DNA of 64,000 nucleotides from Haliotis cracherodii (Eukaryota): NCBI RefSeq assembly GCF_022045235.1, contig NW_027266341.1, positions 35,340,001 to 35,404,000 of the forward strand, read 5' to 3'. Shown piece by piece: positions 51,190 to 64,000 of this stretch (position 1 is its first letter; each line of letters starts with the position of its first letter). The notes under the pieces were generated by a model. It saw only the letters and a program-made list of their open reading frames with translations, ran no database searches and was not told where the DNA came from. The position numbers and the translations under genes were made by a program.

Positions 51190-51747
51190 CTTGTGCTTGG
51201 TGTCCTCCGTTATATTAAATAAAGGCAAAGAACCCTTTCCATTTTCATAAGGAATCTCTGTCACACAAAAATAAATTGTACGATTCCCACTGTGTCATGA
51301 GCAAAAGTCTAAAAATGTATTTTTTGTAAAGTTGACGGTTGACGAGAATTTGAAATATTGATATGAAAATAATCAGATATGTTCATATGACCTACATTAT
51401 GAGATTTTTGTAAGGCGACTATGCTTGTCGTAAGAGGCGACTAACGGGATCGGGTGGTCAGGCTCGATGACTTGTTTGATGCATGTCATTGAATACCAAT
51501 TGCGTAAATCGCTGCTCATGATATAAATAAATGGATTATCCCTTCTTCCTGAGGCAAGAGCGTCCACTAGCCTTTTTTTTTATCAAAGTCTTGTTTCCAG
51601 CCTTGCCACATCAAGCACGCTTTCCTGTGCTAATGATGATTGGACTATTGCCCATATCGATAGTCCAATCAGAGAGCGTTTCACAAAATCAACATCAACG
51701 ACTGGTACATATTCGTACGAAAGTGATTTACCGCTGCCTGTCTTTGT

Positions 51748-52280
51748 CATCTTCCCAAGGCAAGTGGGTTAACTGACTATAAAAGTCCAGTTTCCACCCT
51801 TGCCAAACTAGGCTGGTATTATGGAGTTACATTTTGGCTGGACTAACGAGTCTATGCATAGTCCAATCAAAATCGCACCGAAATCGAAATCCGGTTCGTA
51901 AAATGTCGTTCAGATTTCGGTCGATTGCAGGATTTGCAAAGCATGTGCACCGTCAACGGGCATTTTCCAAGTCTTTTCATGTTTTTAGTCAAGGTGCTCA
52001 CGTGATTTGATTCACTTCGCTATGCAAGACCTGTTTGATCGCAATATATACACTTGATTATCGATCAGATCGTCTTGACTGGGCGCCACCATTTTGTTTG
52101 AAACAAATACAAGTGATACGAGAGGTGAAATCTGATTAGTCTATAGGAGAGGCTTAGAAGGGGCATAACTCGTAATAACCACTGAGGGCGCTACGGTCGA
52201 GCCTAGGAATTCCAGCCAAGTTCGGCAAGGGTGGAAACTGGACTATTAAAGTCAGTTAACTCCCTTGCCTCTGGAAGATG
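51748..52280. mobile_element. Non-autonomous DNA transposon with ~70-bp imperfect TIRs
   Basis: CATCTTCC...GTTAACTGACT..AAGTCCAGTTTCCACCCTTGCC / GGCAAGGGTGGAAACTGGACT...AGTCAGTTAAC...GGAAGATG. Confidence 0.75.
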
Positions 52281-53057
52281 GTCTTTGTTGACACTAATAT
52301 GTCTTTGTCATCTTTTAATCCCCTCAACATTTGCCTGTATTTTGTCTTGAAATCGCGAACGTTTTCGTAATCTGATCGACTAGGACGTCGTCTATGGCAG
52401 TCGTCATCTCTGTGAAACCATTCGAGAAAAGAACAGCGATCTGATTGGATAGCCGTTCTCATAACAAGGGGCACAACTCGTGATCTACGCGAGGTGGCGC
52501 CAGGGACGAGCCAAGAAAAGTGGCTTTGGTGTGGCCAAGGGTAGAATCTAAGATTTGATATAGGCTAGTAGATATACACGTTTGCCTCGGGAAGATTTGA
52601 TTGTCCAGAGTCGATTATTAACAAACTGCCGACGCGTAGCTGGAATATTGCTGAGTGCGACAAACAAACAAATATGTTCAAACCCGAGGAGAACGAGATT
52701 ACCGTACGACGACAGGGTAGGCTGTTTAGGGCCTGACACCACTAAGGCACAAATATTTTTAAAAATCACCAAATTTTCTCAGGCATCCAGCATCTCCAGC
52801 TAACGATTATCTTTTTAAGTGATTGTCAATAAACCAGTTTTTTTCTGGAACACTTCAGCCAATCAAATTATGGAAGATATGATTACACACACATACAACT
52901 CAAAACAAAATAAAAAATTCACGATTTTTTCGTAAAACTATTGTTAATCTGTCATGGTAAGTGGTTATTTAACACATTCTTCCAAATGTTGTGTTCTTTA
53001 ACTTGTTTTGAGTAGTATATATGTAACTGCAGGGAGGCGATTGAAAGATATACTTAC

Positions 53058-53176
53058 TTATCTACAAACCGGCAGAGTTGTCTGTTGGGCGTGAGAGTCG
53101 GCCTCCAGCCGCAGACGGCCCACCTGCACGGGGTGTTCATATCACATTGGTCGGGCTGCTGGGCCAGCACCGATAG
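53058..53176 (-). CDS. Secreted 8-Cys small protein, exon 2
   Basis: TTCCAG|119 nt|GTAAGT; LSVLAQQPDQCDMNTPCRWAVCGWRPTLTPNRQLCRFVD(N); phases 0 and 2 match the neighbouring exons. Confidence 0.85.
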
Positions 53177-53256
53177 CTGGAAACAATCAGCAGAGAGTGA
53201 GTGAGTGGGTGAGTGACATGGTTTGAACGTTTCTCGATCTCATTAAAATCAGATCT

Positions 53257-53763
53257 TAGTTCTCGCTACCGCTAAACAAAGATCTGAGGACATCCCATTA
53301 CGGGTCACGTCAGAACGACCTTTCATCCGACCAATGAAAGCGTCGCTTACCAGATCATGAAAGTGACAGTCGGAATCATGCAACCTCGAAAACGTTAACA
53401 GTGTATTCCGAACGACTGATTCAGTCAAAATTATCGTCTGTCTCTCGCTTCCGTGGGATAAACATTTGAACGGAGGAGGCGTTGCACAGTACGTGGGATG
53501 CCCTGTCATACAATCCCAACCATATTATAGACATTCTGGAATGTTCGTTTGTTCAGTTTTCAAAGTTTTAATCGAGAACTGTGTATACATGGAAGTCCGG
53601 GGTTTAAACGAGTGTCGTAAAGTTCGAGAAAGCTGCTTTCTAATTAGCTGATGTCGACTTCATGTTGGTCATTTCAGTGGTCGGTCAAAATTCGCGAAAG
53701 GTCGTTCTGACGTGACCCGTAATGGGATGTCCTCAGATCTTTCTTTAGCGGCAGCGAGAACTA
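53257..53763. mobile_element. MITE with ~68-bp near-perfect TIRs (TAG...CTA termini)
   Basis: TAGTTCTCGCTACCGCTAAA...GTCAGAACGACCTTTC and its reverse complement at 53696-53763. Confidence 0.85.
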
Positions 53764-54094
53764 TTTCAATTATAACACGTCGAGCTAGCTTTATTTCGGA
53801 GGAAAGCAAAACAGACGCAGGTTTTTATTGCTTTCATACTCGCCAGGACGGTTATGGGTCTCAAAGACTGTAAGGAATGTAAGGTATTCTCTCCGGGCAC
53901 GGATAGGGGAGGCAACTCTGTTGAGTGAATTCCGGATCCTTCGACTATCAAAGTGCCGCCCAAGAGGTTGACCACTACACCTGTGTTACTTCTCTCCCGT
54001 ATCTGATTGGCATTGCTAAACCTGCAATACTTCATTTAAGTCAAAATAGATTTACGTTCAAGTGAGAACAAAATTTTAAAAAGACATTTTAGAC

Positions 54095-54975
54095 ACTGCC
54101 GGTGTCGTGTGTCTGGATGAAGTATTGAGGCGCAGTGTGTCTGGATGAAGAACGTTGCCGGTGTATGTCGTGTGTCTGGATGAAGTATTGAGGCGCAGTG
54201 TGTCTGGATGAAGAACGTTGCCGGTGTCGTGTCTGGATGAAGTATTGAGGCGCAGTGTGTCTGGATGAAGAACGTTGCCGATGTCGCGTCTCTGGATGAA
54301 GTATTGAGGCGCAGTGTGTCTGGATGAAGAACGTTGCCGGTGTCGTGTGTCTGGATGAAGTATTGAGGCGCAGTGTGTCTGGATGAAGAACGTTGCCGGT
54401 GTATGTCGTGTGTCTGGATGAAGTATTGAGGCGCAGTGTCTCTGGATGAAGAACGTTGCCGGTGTCGTGTGTCTGGATGAAGTATTGAGGCGCAGTGTGT
54501 CTGGATGAAGAACGTTGCCGGTGTCGTGTCTGGATGAAGTATTGAGGCGCAGTGTGTCTGGATGAAGAACGTTGCCGATGTCGCGTGTCTGGATGAAGTA
54601 TTGAGGCGCAGTACTAGTGTGTCTTTATGAAGAACGTTGCCGGTGTCGTGTGTCTGGATAGAGAACGTTGCGGGTGTTGTGTGTCTGAATGAAGTGTTTC
54701 CGGTGTCGTGTGTCTGGATGAAGTATTGAGGCGCAGTGTGTCTGAATGAAGAACGTTGCCGGTGTCGTGTGTCTGGATGGAGAACGTTGCGGGTGTTGTG
54801 TGTCTGAATGAAGTGTTTCCGGTGTCGTGTGTCTGGATGAAGTATTGAGGCGCAGTGTGTCTGAATGAAGAACATAGGCCGATGTCGTGTGTCTGGATGG
54901 AGAACGTTGCGGGTGTTGTGTGTCTGAATGAAGTGTTTCCGGTGTCGTGTGTCTGGATGAAGTATTGAGGCGCAG
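54095..54975. repeat. Minisatellite, ~59-bp dimer of 28/31-bp subunits
   Basis: GTGTCTGGATGAAGTATTGAGGCGCAGT plus GTGTCTGGATGAAGAACGTTGCCGGTGTCGT. Confidence 0.93.
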
Positions 54976-55284
54976 CGGACTACGCAATACCACGCCATCC
55001 TTCTGCTAGAGTGTTGTTAAGACCCAGTTTCTCGCAATTTGTGTAAATTATTCTTTGCTCTCGCATCATCCCACGTTTTCAAAACTATTATACGAGGTCA
55101 GTGGGTTGAATTATCACGCTGATATTATATGGGTTCGTGGACAGACTGCAATCTTATAAAAATATCTTGAAGTCATTTATCTTGTCATACAGTCTTGTGG
55201 AGAGTTTTTGTCACTCTGAATCGATGTTCATAGCTATAAACTGATGAGACGGCTTCACTGCTCTCTTTTATGTCTAATTCAGGT

Positions 55285-56495
55285 GAGCAAATCACTGGAG
55301 GGGGATTTGACCATTATTGAACGATATCAGATCATCGATATTCCAAAAGCTTAAGTTTAACATTTTGGCTAATTCACGCGTTTCGATTTTCCCCGGAGCG
55401 ATATCACATTTCATTTCATACGCTTAAAAAAACATTTCAGCAAGAAGGGGATCACAATTGGTTCATATAGAGATGCTTACTTCTTACCTAAATGTACTAA
55501 GGTGTTATCAATGAGGAAATGAAAAATTTCAAATATTGTTATCTCAGTAAACTTCAAGGCTCATTTCCTTTTATATGGGCAAAAAAATCTTGAATATTTG
55601 AAGATAGAGATGTTAGTACATCTAATGTATGTCCACCACGTTTAGTGACAGTCCCATGGTTGAAGGAATGGAGTTTTTCCTTACGATTGTCATATGGGAT
55701 GGTAGTATAGAGTAGCCAACCATATGTTTCGACATAACTCAACTTTCTTCTTTTCATCGATCAAACCGACTCAGCCACCGATTCCGACAACTGGTAGTCT
55801 GTGCCAATTTACACTTGTCAAAGAGGTACACAAAATATATGATCTGGACTACCAGTTGTCGGACTTTCATTTTGTGGAAGAGTCGGTGGCTGAGTGGGTT
55901 AAATCGCTGACTTTGTGTGCTTTCGATTAAATGCCTCACTCTGGCAGTGTGGGTTCGAATCCCAAATGAGACTCAACCTAAAAAGGTTAGCGAATCACTA
56001 CTTAACTAAGAAAGAGTTATCCCAAATACAACATTTGACCACTTTCTAAATAGCATTGTCTTTCATTGTTTCAAATACTTTCTGTGAATATAAAGTGAGT
56101 GAGTGAGTGAGTATAGTTTTACGCCGCTTTTAGCAATATTCCAGCAATATCACGGCAGGGGACACCAGAAATGGGCTTCACACTTTGTACCCACGTCGGT
56201 AATCGAACCCGGGCCTTCGGCGTGACGAGCGAACGCTTTAACCACTAGGCTACCAGACCGCCCCTGTTATCAAGAAAACACTTCCTTGATTGTAGAAAGT
56301 TAGTGTGTGAGTATGGTTTTAGGCCGGTTTCAGCAAGAATCCAGCAATATCACAGCAGAGGAACCAGATATTGTATCCATGTGGGAATCGAACCCGGGCC
56401 TTCGGCGTGACGAGTGAACGCTTTAAGCACTAGGCTACCCCACCACCTCTGATTGTAGTAAGGATTATGGTTAATCTTTAAGACAGGTATATGGG
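55285..56495 (-). mobile_element. Second Penelope-like RT relic with nested SINEs
   Basis: Collinear similarity to 45820-46670; LYTTIPYD motif. Confidence 0.65.
56095..56264 (-). mobile_element. SINE family A (another copy at 56305-56445)
   Basis: Reverse-complement family match. Confidence 0.88.
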
Positions 56496-57746
56496 AGAAA
56501 TCACGTTATAAATAGGGATCAATTAATAATTAAAATCAAGAAAGAAAAACATGGTTGCATTTGACGCTGCTTTGAACAGAATATCAGTTATATCACGACG
56601 TGTCAACTAAGTGTGAGAGGGAGCAGAGATTACACTATTAAATAAGTCCGTCACCAAATGGAACGAAGGTTTTCTGTAAAGATACATCTTGATGGCATTT
56701 TTAAGAAAATACACTGTGTGTGAGAGGCGAAAATTGAAAAGGTGACATCACGTTGTAGCGTTGTCAAGTATGACGTCACAGAGATGGATGTTTAATATTT
56801 CGTATAACTTGTATTACCTGTATGCATTTAAAGCTCAATATTTCGTAACTTCAGAAAATTGGAGTAGTCTAGAATGGAATCTTAACGGTGCATATTCATG
56901 CTAACGCTTATGTTAATCGATCAATCGGGGAACATGAAAGCGATCAGACAGTCAATCAAAATTTAGAAATCATTGATCACAATTGTAAGCTGCGGTGACT
57001 CTGCAACTTCCTTCTCATGTCTAAATATGACCCACTGACGTCTAAATATGACCCATTGACGTCTAAATATGACCCACTGACGTCGTAAAACATACGTTGC
57101 CGTGAATAAGATAAGACAAACTGTAAACTACGTAAATCCATTACATCATGATATACTGCAGGGCAAAAGAAAGTATAAACTTGAAATTTGGACTTGACCA
57201 AAACATTACAAACATTTATCAAAACTTGACTAGGCGTAAAACAGTCGCCGAAACACTACAAACTTAAGAGTCAAAACGCATCTATAATTCCCCTATGAAA
57301 TACATTACCACCGAATTGTCATTTCATGTTTTTCATATTTTTAGCCACCTTCAAACATGGGTGTATACTTTCTTTTTTGCCCGGATGTTTCTACTATCTT
57401 GTCAATAGTATGTTATGAAATAACCATGGTTCAGTAAACTACGTTTGTCACGAACACGCTTATAACGAACTGACGGATATAACGAACTAAATTTTAGTTC
57501 CGGCCATTTGTTGTATATATGCTGTATGTATGCTTATAACTAACTATGGTTATTACGTACTAAAATTAGTGGTCCCTTTGTCTTCGTTATAACCGTAGTT
57601 TAATGTATTTGGTAATATTTCGAATCCTCAAATTCTTCAAAGAAAATTAAATTAAATTTTATTTGAATAAATGAGTAAAATTCAATTTTAAATTAATAAA
57701 TTCAATTTGAATCAATATAACTAAAATTCAGTTTAAACGTTCTTAC

Positions 57747-57821
57747 CGAGTTAAATGGGGTGGCTCCGGCAATGGTAATGACGACAATCAGACTTCCGAG
57801 CACTTGGGTGAAGCGTGACAT
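57747..57821 (-). CDS. Secreted 8-Cys small protein, exon 1 (signal peptide); spliced protein 101 aa
   Basis: CAACATG context; MSRFTQVLGSLIVVITIAGA/TPFNS|GTAAGA; hydrophobic core and A-G-A cleavage motif; phase 0. Confidence 0.8.
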
Positions 57822-57902
57822 GTTGACGGAATGGCAGGGATCCTGGTACACCGGGGAAAACTACTACCCGCAAATCTGGAGGGATGGAGAATGGAACTGG
57901 TC

Positions 57903-57909
57903 TTTTATA
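57903..57909 (-). promoter_or_regulatory. TATA box of the secreted Cys-rich gene
   Basis: TATAAAA on the minus strand, about 82 bp upstream of the ATG. Confidence 0.6.
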
Positions 57910-58119
57910 TACGTTTCTCGCACCGAGAGGTGCTGACCACCTACAATTTCGTCACGTGGGTCAAGCTAATGGTAGGCGTCATGTCTTGTTTATCAGAGGC
58001 AGCAATCAGAGCACCCGACAAATAGAGTTAACTTCAATATCAACCGGGACATGGTCCTTGTTTTGTTAAAACTTGCGTTGTTCTACTGGATCTTCAATGC
58101 GTATAATGCCTGTTAAATG

Positions 58120-58451
58120 GTGAGGTGAGGTGAAATGGGCTTTAACGTCGCGTCCAAGATTATTGCACTTATATAGCGACGTGCATGCACGTGTATGTGT
58201 GTGTGGCTGCTTTTTACTAGTCCCGACTGATGCCGATTTATAGTGCTACCATGCCGCAGTTTAACATGAATACCCTACTCAGACAGAGTATACTGACTCC
58301 GACCATTGTTTTAGCCCCTTAATGCCGAGCGCTAGACAGGGTAACAACAAGTACCATCTTTTAACGTCTTTTGGTATGACGCGGCTGGGGATCGAACCCC
58401 GGACCTTCCGCTCTCCGGGCGGACGCGCTACCATTAGACCACGGAGGCGGT
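58120..58451 (-). mobile_element. tRNA-derived SINE family D (MetaSINE-like central domain)
   Basis: Box A GTGGTCTAATGG, box B GGTTCGATCCC, body GTCATACCAAAAGACGTTAAAA.ATGGTAC...GCTCGGCATTAAGGG, (CACCT)n tail, TSD CTGTTAAATGG; fragments near 33685, 43660 and 63200. Confidence 0.8.
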
Positions 58452-58467
58452 CTGTTAAATGGTACAT

Positions 58468-59435
58468 GAGTGAAGAAGAATAAGAATATTATTGTACATA
58501 AACACCCACAGGGGACAGGGGACAAAACATGAACATGTCTAATTAAACATTGACATACACAATAGAATACAAATATTGCTATGATTATATTGCTAGAGGG
58601 GAGATGCAGATTTCCTTTGCCTGAACATTTTGTGAATGAAATTGAAGATTTTTATTTTTTTGGCAAAAGGCTCAGGTGGATTTATACGTATTTTTAGAGA
58701 TGTTGGATGCATAGCCAAGGTGGATGATGAATATAGTTCCTGTCTCAGGTCTTTGTACAGAGGACATTGTAACAGGAAGTGTTTCTCATCTTCTATTTCA
58801 TCAGTATCACAGAGGGTACATAATCTTTTTCTGTTGGAGTGTTAAAGTATCTTCCTCTCTCAATTTGAAGGTCGTGGGCACTGAGTCTTAGCCTTGTAAC
58901 TGCTTTGCGGTGTTCTAATGCGGTGGTTACTTTCAGATATGGTTTAATTCCGAATGTGTCTCCTATTTTCCCGAGGTGTCTGAGCTTATGTGGTTTAGTG
59001 GATGGGGCTTGGTCAGTTTCACTGAGGTATATGGACGTGAACTTTTCCTGTACAGTTGCCTAACATTTTCCAGAAGAGATGTTATTGTGAGCCAGATCAG
59101 GGAAAAGATAGTTGAATAGAGTATATATTGAAGGGGTCCATGCGTTCAATGTTTTATCTTTATTGAAGGCGGCAGTGAGTAATCTGTCATTCTTCACATC
59201 TAATAGCCGAAGGTAATAGTTGTACATTGATATGAATATTGAAATGTTAAGGGGATAGAGTCCAAGTTCTGCCAGACAGCCGATGTTACTTGTTCCGCGT
59301 GGAACTTCTAAGATACTCTTTGCAATCTTGATGCTTAATGAATCTGCTTCCTGTTTAGACCTGTTTTGTAGAACGTCTTGGTGTTTAATGAGTTGAGAGA
59401 CCCACACCTCTGAACCATATGTTGCTATCGGAGCG
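58468..59435 (-). mobile_element. 5'-truncated LINE (RTEX-like 3' end)
   Basis: KSILEV...TSNIGCLAELGLYPL; HRKAVTRLRLSAHDLQIERGRY...LCTLC...IEDEKHFLLQCPLY. Confidence 0.8.
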
Positions 59436-59858
59436 CGTCATACACTTCCAGCAGTACGTCAGATAAGTCAGATGTTTGTTCGAACTGAGCCAGTTAGTAA
59501 CCGCATTATAAACCGCGACGATGTTTTTGTTAAACAAATGTAGAAAAAAAATATCATATTAATATCCAGACGAAATCATCTTTTATATTATCTATCGGCT
59601 TAAACAGTTAGTCGTCCAAATATGTTTATTTGATTGTTGACGTCTATTGACAAATCTTGACGCTCAGGAATCCTAAATAGTGTTGACGGTGCCGGAGATA
59701 ATGTACGCTGTTCATGAGCGGAAAACAATTATGATAGAGACATCCGCGTGGGGAACCCTATGGTTTCAGGTTTATGTAACTCTGTGTGGAGTGCAATGGC
59801 ACTTTATTTGATTGTCGTTTCAAAAAACTCTTAATAATTTCAATAAACTAGTACAATT

Positions 59859-60182
59859 ATACGGTAGTCTTTAAGGGCTATTTACTTTTTTGAAATTTCA
59901 AGATACTAACTTGAAATCGGAAGATACTAAGTTGAAATTTCCATATATTATGTTGAATTTCAAGATGTTATGTTGAAATTTCATGATACATACTAAGTTG
60001 AAATTTCAAGATAATAAGTTGAAATTTCAGGATAATAAGTTGAAATTTCAAGTTTTAATCCTAAACTTTCAACTTATTATCTTGACATTTCGAGGTAGTT
60101 ATTTTTATCTTGAAATTTCAACTTAGTATCTTGAGATTTCAAGAAAAAAACAAAAAACAAATGGCACTACAAGGCTTCCGTA
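59859..60182. mobile_element. Foldback/MITE with internal ~21-bp TTGAAATTTCAAGATA repeats
   Basis: Imperfect inverted ends TACGG...CCGTA; internal repeats switch orientation. Confidence 0.6.
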
Positions 60183-60762
60183 CATTTACAATGTTTTTGT
60201 CAGATAAATATAGTCATGTTTATAATAACTGCCTGGAGCATTTTAGTGCCCAAACTGCGAATATGAATTAAGTGTTGATTTAGTAAGAAATCAATAACTT
60301 ATGTAAGGAGAGCTTTATTGGGTCATTTCCGTTCTTCAAGATGTTGTTTGAAGTTGTTTCCGTGTGTACAGATTTATGAATCCGATCTCTTCCTTCTGAG
60401 AAGACGTATTTTCAAAAACAATAGCTAGACTTATAGTTTTAAATGAAAAATATATATGGACCGCGACTCGAAAGCATAATATCATATACCCCTGAAAAGT
60501 GATTTTTGACAATGTTAATCAAGATCGACGCAACAGTGACCAAAACGATTCCTTAGTTTGACTTTTAACATAATCATGTTCGAGAGTGTGTTTTTTTTCA
60601 GGTGAACAATTGACTGACCTTTGCATGTGTTTGTGTCAGCGGTGCAGCATAATATGCTCACCTTTTCGCGAACACCTGGTGTCCCCACTGTTTGATAGTG
60701 TATCATAAACACATGCTTATATAGTCAGAAACGTACAATGGATTTTTTTAAATGAATATGGT

Positions 60763-60925
60763 GGGGCGGTGGGGTATCCTAGTGGTTAAAGCGTCCGTTC
60801 GTCACGCCGAAGACCCGGGTTCGATTCCCGACATGTGTACAATGTGGGAAGCCCACTTCTGGTGTCCCCCGCCCTAATATTGCTGGAATATTGCTAAAAG
60901 CGGCGTAAAACCATACTCACACACT
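60763..60925 (+). mobile_element. SINE family A
   Basis: A/B boxes and tail. Confidence 0.87.
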
Positions 60926-61149
60926 AATGATTATGGAAATGTGTTTTCTCGCATTTATGATGCTTATGATCGTCGGAATCGTACATGGCGTTTAACGGAT
61001 ACTTTTTAAGATTGTAGAAAGAGTTTTGTTGTTTATATTCAAATGTTCTCTATAAAAGACCAGATATCAGATATGCCTCTCCAAGCAATCTTGGGAAGTG
61101 CAGAGTTCAGGAAAACACCCCGTTTGATCGTTTTGATGAGATTTTACAA

Positions 61150-61925
61150 TGTAATCAAATGACACATGGCGACCCGTAAAAATCCGGTGCCTCGCAGCGT
61201 GACGTCGGACGTCAGTATTCAACGTCCACGGGGACACCATCTGGCACAAATGGCGACGTTATCAACAGAACAAGAACGTCAGAGACCGTCCCAGTAGTCG
61301 CCGCCAACCCGTGACAACCCCTCTCCAGGACGGGGGCGGTCGGGTAGCCGAGTGGTTAAAGCGTTCGCTCGTCACGCCGAAGACCCGGGTTCGATTCCTG
61401 ACATGGGTACAATGTGTGATGCCCATTTCTGGTGTCCCCTGCCATGATATTGCTGAAATATTGCTAAAGGCGGCGTAAAAGCAAACTCAGTCACACCTCT
61501 ACCACGCTTATCCATCCCCGGCAACAGAGGCATATCTGCAATGACAGTCCGACGTCAAATACGTGTCTACAGTATCCGTGCGAGGCGCCAAGCCAGACGC
61601 CAAGCCAGACGCCAATCCTGACGGCATGACATCAACGTCAACGTCTCCAGTGGTGCAGACTACACAGTGGACAGAACATCAGGGGTGAAGGGGAAGGGTC
61701 CTCCTAATTGATGAATCAAGTTTCCTCCTTCATAGATCTGACGGCAGGACAGGCGTCGACGTTACCGTTGCGTCACGCCATGTATTCTTAAAGGCGATCG
61801 CCCTTGGAGGTGGTCGCGTTATGATCGGGGGTGAAATAGCGGCTGCAGGAAAGATTCAAGGGTTGATAGTAATTTGAATGTTACGAGATACTCAGATGAG
61901 ATATTGCAAACGGCCGTTGTACCGG
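61150..61925 (+). pseudogene. Highly degenerate Tc1-type transposase relic, interrupted by SINE-A at 61332-61495
   Basis: Fragments DRP.S...PVTT, LQWC, DES.F, DGR, GGGRVMIGG, NLN...Y.DEIL...VVP across shifted frames. Confidence 0.6.
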
Positions 61926-62069
61926 TTTTGAAAGTTTGATATATTGTAGGGACATGACCCAAGATTGATCACGTAATCTGAAACGCCCATTGTTTGACTG
62001 TACATTCCTGTCGTCTTTCTTGTTTTTTTGCAGGCTTACAATACATCGCCATTATGTTATGTTGGGTTT

Positions 62070-62428
62070 TTTAGTTTGTTGTTTAACGCCGCACTCAGCA
62101 ACATTCCAACTATATGACGGTGGTCTATCTATAATCGAGTCTGGACCAGACAAACCAGTGATCGACATCCTGACCATCGATCTACGTAACTGGGATACGA
62201 TGACATCCTGATCATCGATCTACGCAACTGGGATACGATGACATCCTGACCATCGATCTACGCAACTGGGATACGATGACATGCATCAACGAAGTCAGAG
62301 AGTCTGACCACCCGACCCCGTTAGTCGCCTGTTATGGCAAGCATAACCGCCTCTTACGACAAGCATCGTCGCCTCTTACGGCAAGCAAGGATTGCTGAAA
62401 CTTATTCTAACCAGGACTTTTACGGGTC
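62070..62428 (-). mobile_element. SINE-like family B with internal duplications
   Basis: Three tandem GGCG hairpin units and a triplicated ~39-bp internal segment. Confidence 0.8.
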
Positions 62429-62873
62429 TCATATTCTGTTGATTGTCATGTTACGTCTAGTCCTACCTATCTCTTCTCATCCATGACCACCACTCATACC
62501 TCTTCGAGCTTCTGTAATCATGTATTTTCTTTCGAAAATCGCCCACTATTTTTTAGAGTAAATGGGCGACCTAAAACAGGTCAGGTTCGTGCAGCTCCCA
62601 TTACATTGACAGTATTCCACTGATGCCCTGTGCTACATTCATTTGCATCTTCTTGATATGGTTTCCTGACTATAATTCACCAAGGAGCAGTATGTCGTGT
62701 GTTCTAAATCACGCAGCAGGGATGATACTTCCAACAGTCAGAGTTAGAACGTCTTCTAGATAGTCAGCATCCCATTCATAAAGTATTGATTGATGAGGTA
62801 AGTGAGTGCGTGGATATGGGATTTGGGGTGGGTGGGGGCGTCGGACGCGGGATAAGGATGCAGGTCATATGAA

Positions 62874-63017
62874 NNNNNNNNNNNNNNNNNNNNNNNNNNN
62901 NNNNNNNNNNNNNNNNNNNNNNNNNNNNNNNNNNNNNNNNNNNNNNNNNNNNNNNNNNNNNNNNNNNNNNNNNNNNNNNNNNNNNNNNNNNNNNNNNNNN
63001 NNNNNNNNNNNNNNNNN
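62874..63017. other. Assembly gap (N run)
   Basis: Run of N. Confidence 1.
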
Positions 63018-63152
63018 GGTAATGTCAGGAGAAGGCTTCGGAGTCTGAGAACACTGGGATGTGGGGTAACACTACATCTCCTTATTTGGGATAACTTTTA
63101 TTAAGGGATATTTTATCATTTGTTTTAATTTGTTCCATAAAATATTGGGAAG

Positions 63153-63186
<34 letters not shown>

Positions 63187-64000
63187 CGCGGTATATAAGT
63201 GCAATAATCTTGGACGCGACGTTAAACCCCATTTCACCTCACCTTACTGTCAAGATTTTATATTAACTAACTATTGGATACTGTCAGAGAGATACTACAG
63301 CTCCAACGCCCCACACGTGGAATACAGATCAATACAACTGAGTTCCGACTCACTGAAGGATACCGTGGACAGATTCAGAGCTTGAATGGGGTCATTAATA
63401 TTGTGTGTCCGTATTTTGAATCCGTAGATGCAAAGAGCATAGTGGACATTGCATTGATGAAATAGAAACGACAAAGAGCATGTGTTTATGAATCACTATC
63501 AAGGTGTTCGCGAAAAGGTGAGCGTATTCAGTCCCACCGGTGGCACCTGTCACAAACACAAATCAATTGTTCACCTGAAAAAAAACGGGAACAGTCGTAT
63601 GTCACAAGTAAAATAGAAAATAGCATCGGACATTTTTATTGTCAACCATGCGTCATGTTTGGAAATGTCCTCCACCTTGTTATATGGTAGTGTAATGTAT
63701 TGTTGAACAATGATTGTAACTGCATTACATTGTTTGTGTTGAGATTCAGTAGATGTTCTTGCATTGTATTTGGACAATGATTAGTTGCCAGAATGCAGTA
63801 TTATATAAAGTAATCAGTGGCGAGGAAGTTATTATATTTAGATGCTCGAATTATCTATAAACTTCCGGAACAGCTTCGATGGATGTGGATGAAATATTTG
63901 ATTATGTTCTAGTGACACTGGACTGGTGATCTGACAGTACATCAAGATCAGCTTTCGTGTGAAGATCACATATCACCCCGGATTCCCAGCCTAGGCCTAT

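Noticed and set aside
63274-63960. Possible transposase relic
   Set aside because: No motif I could identify with confidence.

Overview
Eukaryotic, repeat-rich animal DNA with spliceosomal GT-AG introns, tRNA-derived SINEs, LINE, Penelope and Tc1 relics, many minisatellites and two N-gaps. The repeat complement suggests a mollusc, possibly an abalone-like gastropod (inference only). Four spliced genes can be rebuilt by hand, all on the minus strand. Three are tandem paralogues of a 4-EF-hand calmodulin-like protein (149, 151 and 149 aa) with the same exon structure (147 nt, 95 nt, 208-214 nt). The fourth is absent from the ORF track: a 3-exon, 101-aa secreted protein with 8 Cys and a C-terminal Gly-Arg. 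The most unusual structure is in intron 2 of two calmodulin-like paralogues, where the 3' end of exon 2 plus its splice donor has been tandemly amplified. The 69-bp units read as AG-[51-nt in-frame cassette]-GTAAGT and would add 17-aa copies to the inter-lobe linker. In paralogue 1 the unit has shrunk to a 40-bp satellite carrying roughly 125-130 copies of the gene's own donor site. Most long ORFs in the track are artefacts of tandem repeats.
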